Assembly (NCBI GenBank): GCA_026387335.1
Contig: JAPLLX010000002.1
Coordinates: 77,326 to 141,325, forward strand
Reading direction: 5' to 3'
Source: Candidatus Omnitrophota bacterium
GTDB taxonomy: Bacteria; Omnitrophota; Gorgyraeia; Gygaellales; Profunditerraquicolaceae
DNA: 64,000 nt
How positions within the stretch are numbered: the stretch's first letter is position 1; each line of letters opens with the position of its first letter. Below the pieces are notes generated by a model. It did no database searches, was not told the DNA's origin, and saw nothing but the letters and a program-made list of their open reading frames with translations. The position numbers and the translations under genes are program-made. Below are positions 9,564 to 19,309 of the stretch, in pieces.

Positions 9564-10709
9564 ATGTTCAATATTATTTTATTAGGCGTCACCAGTTTAT
9601 TGACGGATATCTCCAGCGAAATGGTTTATCCGATACTCCCGGTTTATCTGGTTACAAAACTTGGGGCTAGTCCGGCTATATTGGGTTTAATTGAAGGCAT
9701 TGCTGAAAGTTTAGCCAGCTTGCTTAAGGTATTCTCAGGTTATTTCTCGGATAAGATTAAACTAAGAAAACCTTTTACTATATTTGGCTACGCCGCTTCT
9801 ACCGTTGGGAAATTTCTTCTCTATATTTCTACAAGCTGGGGTTATGTTTTGGTAGCCCGGATAGTGGACCGTTTCGGAAAAGGGATGCGCACTGCTCCGC
9901 GCGACGCCTTGATTGCGGAGAGTAGTAAGGAGAGGAAAAGAGGGGCGGCTTTCGGATTACACAGGGCTTTAGATTCGCTGGGCGCTTGCCTGGGAGTTTT
10001 AGGCGCCTATTTTTTGATTACTCATTATCAGGGTGAGTTTAAGAATGTTTTTCTTCTTGCGCTTATACCGGCGATATTAGGTGTGTTATTCCTTTTTTTC
10101 GTCAGAGAGAAGAAGGCTCCCGCGCCGAAAGAAGCCGGCAATAAAATTGAATTCAGATGGCGCGCTCTGGATAAAAGACTAAAGCTCTTCCTGGTATTCA
10201 CATTTGTATTTACTCTTGGTAATTCGTCTAATCAATTCCTGCTCTTACGCGCGCAAAATCTGGGTAATCCCCTCCCCATAGTTATACTATTGTACCTTTT
10301 TTATAATATAAGTTACGCTATTGTTTCGTATCCAGCTGCGCGCCTTTCGGATAAAATAGGCAGAAAGAAACTGCTTGTCGCAGGTTACCTATTTTACGCC
10401 CTGGTTTATTTAGGGTTTGCCTTAAACAAATCGCCGCATAATTTCTGGTTTTTATTCGGCGTCTATGGATTATATATAGGATTTACCGAAGGTGTAGAAA
10501 AAGCGCTGGTAGCGGATATCGCACCGAGCGAACTTCGCGCTACAGCCATAGGTTTACACGCCACGCTTGTGGGTATAGGTTTATTGCCGGCGTCAATATT
10601 TGCCGGATTACTTTGGAAATCTATCGGTCCGCAAGCCGCGTTTTATTTCGGCAGCTTTATGGGGCTAATCTCAAGTATAGGATTTTATTGGGTTTTAAAG
10701 GGGATATAA
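9564..10709 (+). CDS. MFS transporter
   Basis: Twelve predicted TM helices, MFS loop motif (GKGMRTAPRDA). Confidence 0.75.
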   Translation: MFNIILLGVTSLLTDISSEMVYPILPVYLVTKLGASPAILGLIEGIAESLASLLKVFSGYFSDKIKLRKPFTIFGYAASTVGKFLLYISTSWGYVLVARIVDRFGKGMRTAPRDALIAESSKERKRGAAFGLHRALDSLGACLGVLGAYFLITHYQGEFKNVFLLALIPAILGVLFLFFVREKKAPAPKEAGNKIEFRWRALDKRLKLFLVFTFVFTLGNSSNQFLLLRAQNLGNPLPIVILLYLFYNISYAIVSYPAARLSDKIGRKKLLVAGYLFYALVYLGFALNKSPHNFWFLFGVYGLYIGFTEGVEKALVADIAPSELRATAIGLHATLVGIGLLPASIFAGLLWKSIGPQAAFYFGSFMGLISSIGFYWVLKGI

Positions 10710-10731
10710 ACTAGGGGGTTTGACCTAAAAA

Positions 10732-12129
10732 ATGCTTAAAAAATTAATTACTATTTTAATATTATTGCTGCTTTATTCCGCACTAGGAATAAGCCTGGCC
10801 TTAGCCCAAAGCGCTTACGGCACAATAACTGCGTTTAATAAAGATGACCGCGTCCTTATACTTGCCCCGCATCCGGATGATGAAACTTTAGGTTGCGCAG
10901 GCGTGATCCAAAACGCGCTAAAAGCCGGGGCAGAAGTAAAAATAGTTTATCTTACTAACGGGGATAATAACGAGTTTGCTTTTATTGTTTATGAGAAGAG
11001 GTTGACTTTTAAGAAGGGCGAGTTTATCCATATGGGCCAGGTGCGCAGGCAAGAAGCGATTGAGGCAATGAAGCTATTGGGTTTAAACGAAGATAACCTG
11101 GTATTCTTAGGTTACCCGGATTTCGGGACATTTACCATATTCACAAAATATTGGCAGGCGCTTAAACCCTACCGGAGTATGCTTACGCGTTCGACAAAAG
11201 TGCCTTACCAAAATGACTTGTCATTCGGCGCTCCTTATGTCGGAGAAAGTATCTTAAGCGATTTGGAGAAAATCCTGCTTAATTATAAACCGACGCAGGT
11301 TTTTGTCGCGCATCCGGCGGATGTTAACCCCGACCATAAATCGCTTTATCTGTTTTTCCAGATAGCTTTGCGTAATTTAAGAAAACAAATTCCTGATCCC
11401 AAGGTATATCCTTATCTTGTCCATTCTTCAGGCTGGCCTAAACCGCGGCATTATCATCCAGAATTAAGCCTGGAGCCGCCGGTTAACCTTACGGATTCTC
11501 AAGGAAAGTGGCTGAAGTTGGATTTGACCCCGCTAGATTTAGAAAATAAGCACAAAGCCGTACTCTGTTATAAAAGCCAGACAGAATCCAGCGCTTTTTA
11601 CCTGTTGTCATTCGCGCGTAAAAATGAATTATTTGGAGATTATCCCGAGATTGAATTAAGCCGGCAGGTTTCTTTAAAAGAGCGGGCAATTGCCTTTTTC
11701 GGCTTCTCTAAGATGTTCACGAATTCAGAAGAAGAGGGGACCCTGGCTAATGACAGCCTTATAGAAAATCAGGGAGAGGTAAGTTATGCCGTTGTAGATA
11801 ATTGCCTGCTTATACGCGTGGAGAAGGATAAGGAGCTAATACACAGGTTCAGCTTAACGCTTTATATTTTTGGGTTTAACGCTAAAGTCCCGTTTTCTTC
11901 TATGCCTAAAATACGCATAGTAACTAAGTCTAATAAGTTTAAAGTTTATGACGGCAAGAAAATAATTAATCCCGGCAGTATCCGTTTGGATTTGACCGCC
12001 GACGATTTAGTCTTACGTATACCGCTGAACATATTGGGGGACCCTGAATTTATACTTACTTCGGTAAAGGCGCGGGGAGAGAAGTCAGCTTCAGGCACCT
12101 CGGGTTTTAGAAAAATTGTTATCAAATAA
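10732..12129 (+). CDS. PIG-L / LmbE-family N-acetylglucosaminyl deacetylase with signal peptide and a C-terminal extra domain
   Basis: Signal peptide, then LILAPHPDDETLGCAG and YLTNGD motifs typical of LmbE-like zinc deacetylases. Confidence 0.65.
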   Translation: MLKKLITILILLLLYSALGISLALAQSAYGTITAFNKDDRVLILAPHPDDETLGCAGVIQNALKAGAEVKIVYLTNGDNNEFAFIVYEKRLTFKKGEFIHMGQVRRQEAIEAMKLLGLNEDNLVFLGYPDFGTFTIFTKYWQALKPYRSMLTRSTKVPYQNDLSFGAPYVGESILSDLEKILLNYKPTQVFVAHPADVNPDHKSLYLFFQIALRNLRKQIPDPKVYPYLVHSSGWPKPRHYHPELSLEPPVNLTDSQGKWLKLDLTPLDLENKHKAVLCYKSQTESSAFYLLSFARKNELFGDYPEIELSRQVSLKERAIAFFGFSKMFTNSEEEGTLANDSLIENQGEVSYAVVDNCLLIRVEKDKELIHRFSLTLYIFGFNAKVPFSSMPKIRIVTKSNKFKVYDGKKIINPGSIRLDLTADDLVLRIPLNILGDPEFILTSVKARGEKSASGTSGFRKIVIK

Positions 12130-12143
12130 CAGGAGGAGGCAAC

Positions 12144-12629
12144 ATGCTAGAGCTCAAATTAATTGAGGTCAAAAAACCGCAGGATGTTAATTTAATATTG
12201 GGCCAGAGCCATTTTATTAAAACAGTAGAAGACCTTTATGAGGTTTTGATGAATAGCGTGCCGGGTATAAAATTCGGTTTGGCCTTTGTTGAATCCAGCG
12301 GGGCCTCTAAGGTAAGATCAGAGGGTAACGACCCGGAATTAAAGTCGTTGGCTTCCTCAAACATCCTGGAAATAGGCGCGGGCCATAGCTTCATCATATT
12401 TATGCGCGACGCCTTTCCGATTAATGTCTTAAATGCGATTAAAAACATCCCGGAAGTCTGCTCCATATACTGCGCGACAGCCAATCCTTTAAAGGTAATA
12501 GTAGCCCAAACGCAAGATGGTTCGGGTATCCTGGGAGTGATTGACGGCGGAAAGCCTAAGGGCGTGGAAAACGAGGCAGATATAGCTTGGCGCAAAGATT
12601 TCTTGCGTAAAATCGGATATAAGCTATAA
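12144..12629 (+). CDS. Conserved hypothetical protein, possibly adenosine-specific-kinase family (PF04008-like)
   Basis: Motifs GIKFGLAFVESSG, CATANP and GILGVIDG recall that family. The assignment is tentative. Confidence 0.3.
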   Translation: MLELKLIEVKKPQDVNLILGQSHFIKTVEDLYEVLMNSVPGIKFGLAFVESSGASKVRSEGNDPELKSLASSNILEIGAGHSFIIFMRDAFPINVLNAIKNIPEVCSIYCATANPLKVIVAQTQDGSGILGVIDGGKPKGVENEADIAWRKDFLRKIGYKL

Positions 12630-12682
12630 TCTTTCTTACAAAATTAAAGCCGCTAAGATTTGACTTGTTTAAGTGAGGGGAT

Positions 12683-13594
12683 ATGGATTTAAAAAAAATA
12701 CGTAAAAGCATTATTGGGTTTTTAAGCTGGTTTGGTTTGACTACCTGTTCCCTGATAGTCAGGATTATGCCCGCGAGCTTCCTCTATTGTTTCGCTGATT
12801 GCGTAAGCTTTTTAGCCTGTAGATTTGCCGCTAAACAAAAACGGATTGCCTTGGAGAGCCTAAGTTTTGCTTTTGGCGAGGAGAAAACTGCTTTTGAGCT
12901 TGAGCAGATTGCCAAAGATTGTTTTACTATTATGGCTAAATCGGCGGTAGAATTGATGTTCTTTTTTGATAAGCCGTCTATCTTGAAGAAGCGGGTTACG
13001 CTTGTGGGCAGGGAAAATTTGGATAGCGCGTTAGCCAAAGGCTGCGGAGTGGTTTTAGTTAGCGCCCATTTCGGTAATTTCCCGCTTTTACTCGGGAGGC
13101 TGGCGGTTGAAGGCTATATAGCTGGAGGTATAATGAAGCCGATGCATGATGCGGGTGTAGAGAGGATTTTTTTGGAAAAACGCAAAAAATTCGGGGTCAA
13201 AACCATCTACAGCCAGCCGCGCAATGCTTGCGTAAATAATACCATTCAAGCGTTACGTAACAATGAGTTAGTTTTTATCCCGATAGACCAGAATTTCGGA
13301 ACCGGCGGAGTTTTTGTTAATTTTTTCGGCAGGAAAGCAGCTACTGCAGCAGGGCCGGTTGTCTTTGCCCAGCGCACGGGCGCGGCACTCTTACCCTGTT
13401 TTATAGTCAGGCAGCCCAATGATACGCATAAAATTATCTTTGAACCGGCGGTAAAACTAGAAGAGGGTAAGGATTCCCGGGATACCGTTCTTATAAATGT
13501 TCAGAAACTGACTAATATCATTGAGGCATATATCCGCAGATACCCGGCGGAATGGGGATGGATCCACCGCAGATGGAAGAGCCAGCCGGGCTAA
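12683..13594 (+). CDS. Lipid A biosynthesis lauroyl/myristoyl acyltransferase (LpxL/HtrB family)
   Basis: N-terminal TM, an acyltransferase core, and the C-terminal YPAEWGWIHRRWK typical of LpxL-family proteins. Confidence 0.7.
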   Translation: MDLKKIRKSIIGFLSWFGLTTCSLIVRIMPASFLYCFADCVSFLACRFAAKQKRIALESLSFAFGEEKTAFELEQIAKDCFTIMAKSAVELMFFFDKPSILKKRVTLVGRENLDSALAKGCGVVLVSAHFGNFPLLLGRLAVEGYIAGGIMKPMHDAGVERIFLEKRKKFGVKTIYSQPRNACVNNTIQALRNNELVFIPIDQNFGTGGVFVNFFGRKAATAAGPVVFAQRTGAALLPCFIVRQPNDTHKIIFEPAVKLEEGKDSRDTVLINVQKLTNIIEAYIRRYPAEWGWIHRRWKSQPG

Positions 13595-13616
13595 AAGGTA
13601 AAAGGAGGATCGACAA

Positions 13617-13817
13617 ATGAGCCAGACAGCTAAAGAAAATGCTTCAAAAAAATATTTTGCTACTTTTTTTAAGGTTATTCTGGGTTTGCTATTCTTAGGG
13701 TTAGGAGCCTGGGCGATCTTAAAATGGTGGAGCCTTCTTTTTATGATAATCAAGGGATGCCTGGGCCCGTTATTGCTTTTGGCAGGTATAATTACTTTAA
13801 TCATAGCCAAAGAATAA
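13617..13817 (+). CDS. Small two-TM membrane protein, hypothetical
   Basis: 66-aa ORF with two hydrophobic helices; RBS AAAGGAGG upstream. Confidence 0.4.
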   Translation: MSQTAKENASKKYFATFFKVILGLLFLGLGAWAILKWWSLLFMIIKGCLGPLLLLAGIITLIIAKE

Positions 13818-13884
13818 GATTTAAGGTATAATTATTTATAGTTTGATCCAGGTTAGCTGGCGTTAAGAAAGCTTAGGAGGGATA

Positions 13885-14451
13885 ATGGTCGGTGTATTAA
13901 AAAGAGAATTAGCCTTGAGTAAGCAGGCCAATAGGATTTGCGCCGTATTATTTTCGGTGATTTTTATCGCTCTTGGCGCTTTTGTGCGCCTACCTTTGCC
14001 TTTTACGCCAGTCCCGATTACCTTGCAGACATTTTTTGTTTTGTTATCTGCCGGCCTTTTAGGCAGGAGATTAAGCGTAATTACGCAATCAAGTTATATG
14101 CTATTAGGGGCATTGGGCTTACCGATATTTGCAGGAGCAGCCAGCGGTTTAGGTTATTTTATTTCTCCTACGGCCGGCTATTTGTTCGGATTTATCCCGG
14201 CTGCTATTATCGCTGCGCTATATTTAAGGCGCGCCGGAGATAATCCGCGTTTGATACTACAGGTTTTTTGCCTATCCAGTATAATTATTTTATCAGCCGG
14301 GTCCATCTGGCTTAAGGTCAGCCTTAGAATTCCGTTAAGTCAGGCCTTGGTTATCGGGTTTGCGCCGTTTATCATCGGCGACTTCTTAAAAGCGACAGCC
14401 GCAACCTGGGTTTATTTAAAGCTTAAGGCCCGCTTCGGGAATATCTTATAA
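13885..14451 (+). CDS. bioY: Biotin transporter BioY
   Basis: BioY signature (PITLQTFFVLLSAGLLG ... GYLFGFIPAA). Confidence 0.8.
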   Translation: MVGVLKRELALSKQANRICAVLFSVIFIALGAFVRLPLPFTPVPITLQTFFVLLSAGLLGRRLSVITQSSYMLLGALGLPIFAGAASGLGYFISPTAGYLFGFIPAAIIAALYLRRAGDNPRLILQVFCLSSIIILSAGSIWLKVSLRIPLSQALVIGFAPFIIGDFLKATAATWVYLKLKARFGNIL

Positions 14452-14529
14452 GATTACCTCCCCGCTAGCTTTCTTGACAAGAATTACCATTCATGGTAAA
14501 TTAATCTAAGGTTAAAGGAGGGGCTACTC

Positions 14530-14988
14530 ATGAAAATAAGGATAATCGCGATATTAGCGGTATTGGTATTAGCAGGCACAGTCTTAGGCTTCAGTGAGGA
14601 GAAGGCGCTCCCTGTTCCCGAAGAAACTCCTGCCGCGGCAACCACCCCGGTCATCCAGGAAAATAGCGATTTAGCAAATACGCAGTGGGTTTGGGGCGAG
14701 GTCATAAGCGTGAATGCGCAAGATAAAACACTTAGCCTTAAATATCTGGATTACGAGACTGACCAGGAAAAAGAGATGTCCATAATAACGGATGACTCCA
14801 CCAGCTATGATAATGTTAAGTCCCTGGGAGAAATCCAGCCTAAGGATAACTTAAGCGTTGATTATATTTCGAAAGACGGTAAGAATATCGCTAAGACTAT
14901 AGGTTTAGAGAAGGCCGAAAACGCGCTGCCCGCGGCGAATAATATTGACGCAGGGGTAAATATCCCGGCTCTTCAGGCAAGTCAATAA
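14530..14988 (+). CDS. Secreted hypothetical protein (signal peptide)
   Basis: N-terminal signal peptide (MKIRIIAILAVLVLAGTVLG); no recognisable domain. Confidence 0.45.
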   Translation: MKIRIIAILAVLVLAGTVLGFSEEKALPVPEETPAAATTPVIQENSDLANTQWVWGEVISVNAQDKTLSLKYLDYETDQEKEMSIITDDSTSYDNVKSLGEIQPKDNLSVDYISKDGKNIAKTIGLEKAENALPAANNIDAGVNIPALQASQ

Positions 14989-15046
14989 TCTAGATTTTCC
15001 TATTAGCTAAAAACGCATAAGGCAGGGTATTCACCCTGCCTTTAAT

Positions 15047-15733
15047 ATGATGAAGCTTAAATATATTTTAGTTATTGGTTACGGTATTTTGATTTTGGCT
15101 GGCTGCGCGGTCTTAAATAAACCTGTTCAGTTTGTCGATGATTTTATAGGCTCAACCTTTTTCCCTCCATATTCCGGGCCGAAGGCCAGGGTGGTCGTAG
15201 CTGATTTTGAGATTAAGACGGTTAATATTACTACTGAAGTGAACTTAGGCTTGCGCGATATGTTAATAGAGGAATTAAATAAAACCAATCGTTTTTTAGC
15301 GGTCTCTGCCCCTAAGGATTACGCTGAAAAAAACACCGGATTGATTATCGCGGCTGAGGTAATAAATTTTGATCCGCTTATATCCGGCGGAAGCGAAGGT
15401 ATCGGCGGAGGAGGAAGTTCAGCCAGCGGTACGCTGGGGAGTTTATTGGGCGTGAGCACCAATAAATCAGTCGTGGCTTTAAATATCCGTATAGTTGACG
15501 CGCTGTCGTCTAAAGTATTAGTCGCGGAGCGCCTTACGGGACAGGCCGTGGATACGGGCAGCTTAAGTCGGGAACACCATCATAAGGGAAGTAATTTAAA
15601 CGAAGGCCTATCCGCCTATGCCAATACCTCTATGGGGGAAGCAATCAATAAGTGTATTGCTGAAGCCGTAAGGTATATTGTGCGCAAGGTTCCGGATAGC
15701 TATTATAAAGGGGATAAAAATGGGAAAGCGTAA
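15047..15733 (+). CDS. CsgG-family lipoprotein (curli-transport-component-like)
   Basis: Lipobox (LILAGCAV); CsgG-like motifs (VVVADFEIKT, GLRDMLIEELNKTNRFLAV). Confidence 0.45.
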   Translation: MMKLKYILVIGYGILILAGCAVLNKPVQFVDDFIGSTFFPPYSGPKARVVVADFEIKTVNITTEVNLGLRDMLIEELNKTNRFLAVSAPKDYAEKNTGLIIAAEVINFDPLISGGSEGIGGGGSSASGTLGSLLGVSTNKSVVALNIRIVDALSSKVLVAERLTGQAVDTGSLSREHHHKGSNLNEGLSAYANTSMGEAINKCIAEAVRYIVRKVPDSYYKGDKNGKA

Positions 15734-15800
15734 GCGCAGGGGCAAACTTAACTGGCGTTCCAAAAAAGCAAATAAGGGCAGAAAGCCAAACTTAGGCTAA
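15720..15800 (+). CDS. Possible ribosomal protein bTHX-like basic mini-protein (26 aa, MGKRKRRGKLNWRSKKANKGRKPNLG)
   Basis: An unannotated small ORF overlapping the 3' end of the CsgG-like gene, with a GGGG RBS 7 nt upstream. The RRGK(L/I)xWR pattern resembles Thermus THX (RRGKIWR). Confidence 0.3.
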   Translation: MGKRKRRGKLNWRSKKANKGRKPNLG

Positions 15801-15823
15801 TCAAGGGGATTTAGGTTTACGTT

Positions 15824-16564
15824 ATGGTCCTAGGCTGGATTCTCATAAGCACATTATTGGTCAGCGTTATTTCGCTTATCGGCATATTTACGCTGGCGAT
15901 AAAAGAGGAGAGGCTGCATAAGATTATTTTTAGCCTTATCGGATTCTCCGCCGGCGCGCTTATCGGCAGCGCCTTCCTGCATATTCTGCCGGAAGCTTTA
16001 GAAAAAACAAACAGTACAGTTGTTTTTTATTATCTTATTCTGGGGTTAACCCTGTTTTTTTTGCTGGAGAGATACCTCCACTGGCGGCATTGCCATGATA
16101 AAGACTGCGCTGTGCACGCCTTCACTTATTTAAATCTTTTCGGGGAAGCCTTCCATAATTTCATTGATGGCATTGCCATTGCCGCCAGCTTCATCATTTC
16201 ATTTAAATTGGGGCTGGCTACTACTTTAGCGATCATACTGCATGAGATCCCTAAGGAGCTGGGGAACTTCGGAGTGCTTATTTACGGCGGGTTTAGCCGC
16301 AATAAGGCCCTGCTTTATAATTTTATTTCGGCTTTAGCGGCGGTTATCGGGGCGCTTGTAGGATATTTTATCTCTGATTTCGCGCACGGTTTTTCCGATT
16401 TTATTATGCCTTTGACCGCGGGCGGATTTATTTATATCGCCACCTCTGACTTAATCCCCGAGATACATAAAGAAAAGGACCAAAGGCGCGCGACCCTGGC
16501 TTTTGTTTCTTTCTTATTCGGGATTCTATTTATGGCGCTAGCCAAAATATTACTGCCGGAGTAG
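15824..16564 (+). CDS. zupT: ZIP-family zinc transporter (ZupT-like)
   Basis: HNFIDGIAIAASF and HEIPKELGNFGVL signature helices. Confidence 0.8.
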   Translation: MVLGWILISTLLVSVISLIGIFTLAIKEERLHKIIFSLIGFSAGALIGSAFLHILPEALEKTNSTVVFYYLILGLTLFFLLERYLHWRHCHDKDCAVHAFTYLNLFGEAFHNFIDGIAIAASFIISFKLGLATTLAIILHEIPKELGNFGVLIYGGFSRNKALLYNFISALAAVIGALVGYFISDFAHGFSDFIMPLTAGGFIYIATSDLIPEIHKEKDQRRATLAFVSFLFGILFMALAKILLPE

Positions 16565-16606
16565 GAACATTTCCCTATTTATAGCGAAAAATACATTATC
16601 AAGATC

Positions 16607-17614
16607 ATGAAAGCGATTGCTTTGATTTCAGGAGGTTTGGACAGCATTCTGGCGGCAAGGATAATTAAAGAGCAGGGTATTGGAGTCCTGCCTTTGAATT
16701 TCAAGATTCCTTTTTGCCAGCGTAAAAAACAAGCCTCCCAGGATAACGACATAAATTCATTAGTAAAGAGAAGTCTAGGCCAAGAGCTTAAGGTGGTTGA
16801 CATAAGCAGTGAATTTCTGGAACTGGTTTTAAAGCCAAGGCACGGATTCGGTTCAAATATGAATCCCTGCATAGATTGCAAGATTTTTATGTTAAAAAAG
16901 GCTAAAGAGTTGTTGCGTTTTTTTGACGCGCAATTTGTAGTTACCGGGGAGGTCTTGGGCCAGAGGCCGATGTCACAGCACAGAAGGGCGCTGGATACTA
17001 TTGAGAAAGAGAGTGGTTTAGACGGCCTCTTGCTTAGGCCATTGTGCGCTGGTGTCCTTGCGGAAACCCGGCCTGAGAAAGAGGGTTGGGTCAAGCGCGA
17101 TAGATTATTTAAATTTAGCGGCCGTTCCCGCAGGCCGCAGATGGATTTAGCCAGAGAATTTAGCATAGATAATTATCCTAACGCCTCCGGAGGTTGTCTG
17201 TTAACCGACCCGCGATTTTCTAATAAGCTCAGAGACCTTATTTCCCACCAAGCCCTAAACTTAGAAGATGTGGGGTTATTAAAGATAGGCAGGCATTTCA
17301 GGCTATCCGAGAAGGCCAAGTTAATTGTCGGCCGCAACGAAGAAGAGGACAGGGAACTGGAATTAAGCGCCCGCGGGAATGATTATATATTTATGCCAAA
17401 TCCGGAATTGGCTGGTCCGACTTGTTTGGGCAGAGGAGAGTTTGATAACGACTTAATCCAACTCTCTTTACAGATAACCTGTCATTATTGCGACTTAAAT
17501 ACAACTAAAAGCGCGAGGTTAATCTATTATCGGGCCGGGATTAGCCCACGGGAAGAATCTTCCTGGGAGGTTTCTCCTCTCCCGGAGGATAAACTTAAAT
17601 TATTCAGACTATGA
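16607..17614 (+). CDS. PP-loop ATPase, ThiI/MnmA-like tRNA-thiolation-type, lacking THUMP and rhodanese domains
   Basis: N-terminal PP-loop (SGGLDS), an NPCIDCK Cys motif (compare MnmA NPCVLCN), and TGEVLGQRPMSQ (compare ThiI TGEALGQVSSQT). The C-terminal ~130 aa is a Cys-containing extension of unknown fold. Confidence 0.45.
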   Translation: MKAIALISGGLDSILAARIIKEQGIGVLPLNFKIPFCQRKKQASQDNDINSLVKRSLGQELKVVDISSEFLELVLKPRHGFGSNMNPCIDCKIFMLKKAKELLRFFDAQFVVTGEVLGQRPMSQHRRALDTIEKESGLDGLLLRPLCAGVLAETRPEKEGWVKRDRLFKFSGRSRRPQMDLAREFSIDNYPNASGGCLLTDPRFSNKLRDLISHQALNLEDVGLLKIGRHFRLSEKAKLIVGRNEEEDRELELSARGNDYIFMPNPELAGPTCLGRGEFDNDLIQLSLQITCHYCDLNTTKSARLIYYRAGISPREESSWEVSPLPEDKLKLFRL

Positions 17615-18621
17615 AAGAAGCGTTACTTTATGAAAAATTGGATAAAAGTTTAGTACATTGTTATTTGTGCAGCCATCACTGTAAGATTGCCGACCAGGGA
17701 TTCGGTTTTTGCGGGGTTCGGCAGAATTTAGAAGGGACATTGTATACCCACGCTTATGGGAATGTAATTTCCGCGCAGGTTGACCCTATTGAAAAGAAAC
17801 CGCTCTATCATTTTTTACCGGGTTCAAGCAGTTTTTCAATAGCCACCCGGGGTTGTAATTTTCGTTGCGGGTTTTGTCAGAATTGGGAAATATCCCAGCA
17901 ATCTTTTAAGGATGGAAGCAGCAGCCTGGGGGAAGAAGAATTAAGCCCGTCCGATATAGTAGAAGAGGCTCTGAAAAACGACTGTAAAAGCATAGCTTAT
18001 ACTTATACCGAGCCGACCATATTTTTTGAATATGCCTATGAAACCGCCAGGCTGGCCAAAGAAAAAGGCCTACGTAATATTTTTGTTACCAACGGCTATA
18101 TGACTAAAGAGTGCTTGATTATGATTAAGCCGTATTTAGACGCCGCGAATGTGGACCTTAAGTTTTTCAACGATGCTTCCTATAAAAAGATTTGTTTAGG
18201 TAGTTTAAGTCCGGTATTGGATTCTATCAGGCTTATGAAGGAATTAGGGATATGGATAGAGATAACTACTTTGCTTATACCTGGAGAGAATGATTCTGAT
18301 GTAGAATTATCCGGGATAGCCCGTTTTATCTCCGGCGTTGATAAAGGCATCCCCTGGCATATTTCCCGCTTCCATCCTGATTATAAGTTCAGCGAATACC
18401 CGGTTACCCCGCAAGAGTCACTTAAAAAAGCGTATTCTATCGGCCGGGAAGCGGGTTTAGACTTTATTTATATAGGTAATGTTTCAGGTTGGGGGAGTGA
18501 TACGGCTTGTCCGGCTTGCAAAAAAAGATTAATTAGAAGAGATTATTTTAATATTTTAGAGTATAATATCAAAGAAAGCAGGTGTATTTATTGCCGGGAG
18601 CGCCTACCGGGAGAATTTTAA
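17611..18621 (+). CDS. Radical SAM enzyme of the AmmeMemoRadiSam-system / PFL-activase-like type
   Basis: Family-typical N-terminus (CYLCSHHCKIADQGFGFCGVRQN ... DPIEKKPLYHFLPGS ... GCNFRCGFCQNWEIS). ATGA overlap with the upstream gene. Confidence 0.75.
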   Translation: MKEALLYEKLDKSLVHCYLCSHHCKIADQGFGFCGVRQNLEGTLYTHAYGNVISAQVDPIEKKPLYHFLPGSSSFSIATRGCNFRCGFCQNWEISQQSFKDGSSSLGEEELSPSDIVEEALKNDCKSIAYTYTEPTIFFEYAYETARLAKEKGLRNIFVTNGYMTKECLIMIKPYLDAANVDLKFFNDASYKKICLGSLSPVLDSIRLMKELGIWIEITTLLIPGENDSDVELSGIARFISGVDKGIPWHISRFHPDYKFSEYPVTPQESLKKAYSIGREAGLDFIYIGNVSGWGSDTACPACKKRLIRRDYFNILEYNIKESRCIYCRERLPGEF

Positions 18622-18640
18622 GGCGGATTAAGGGCTGAAG

Positions 18641-19309
18641 ATGAAGATAATCAATCCGGAAAAATGTATTGTTTTTTTTGATTTTGATAATACCATCGCC
18701 ACCTGCGATGTATTTGATAATATGCTCCCGCGTTTCTCCCAGGATGACCTTTGGGTCAAACTGGAGAAGGATTGGCAAAAGGGGAGAATCGGCTCGCACG
18801 CCTGCCTTGCCGGACAGATTAACGGGATAAGTATTAGCAAACAGGCGTTGGATAAGTATTTGTCCGGGATAAAACTGGACCCCTATTTTAAGAAGATCGT
18901 AAAGTTGCTCGCGGTGCATAAGATAACCGTGGCGGTATTAAGCGATAACTTTGACTATATATTAAAACGCATACTAGGCTTTAACTCCATTAAGAACCTT
19001 AAGGTTTATTCCAATAAGCTAAAGTTCGTTAAAGATAAGCTTATCCCGTTTTTTCCGTTTAGGAGCAAAAAATGCCAGGTCTGCGCCCATTGTAAGACAA
19101 AAAACCTCTTGGCAAATGTTTCCCAGGATTCTATAATAATCTACGTAGGTGACGGCCGTTCCGACATCTGCCCGTCACAGTATGCGGACCTGGTCTTCGC
19201 TAAAGACGCGCTCTTAAAATATTTTCAGGATAAAAAACTTACCTGTTTTGCTTATAAGTCTTTAAAAGATGTGTATACTTATTTAAAAGGAGTTTTGTAT
19301 GAACAATAA
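18641..19309 (+). CDS. HAD-superfamily (subfamily IB-like) phosphatase with C-terminal CxxCxxC
   Basis: DxDxT motif (FFDFDNTIA); C-terminal GDGRSD; CQVCAHC. Confidence 0.55.
   Translation: MKIINPEKCIVFFDFDNTIATCDVFDNMLPRFSQDDLWVKLEKDWQKGRIGSHACLAGQINGISISKQALDKYLSGIKLDPYFKKIVKLLAVHKITVAVLSDNFDYILKRILGFNSIKNLKVYSNKLKFVKDKLIPFFPFRSKKCQVCAHCKTKNLLANVSQDSIIIYVGDGRSDICPSQYADLVFAKDALLKYFQDKKLTCFAYKSLKDVYTYLKGVLYEQ

Noticed and set aside
13938-14243. 101-aa alternative-frame ORF inside bioY
   Set aside because: It overlaps the BioY frame, which carries the conserved BioY signature. The alternative frame is Arg/Cys-rich junk.
16579-17166. 195-aa minus-strand ORF (and many other minus-strand ORFs such as 32167-32658, 60552-61181, 47460-47885, 12236-12595)
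   Set aside because: These are fully embedded antisense within well-supported plus-strand genes with clear domain motifs and have low-complexity translations. They look like shadow ORFs.
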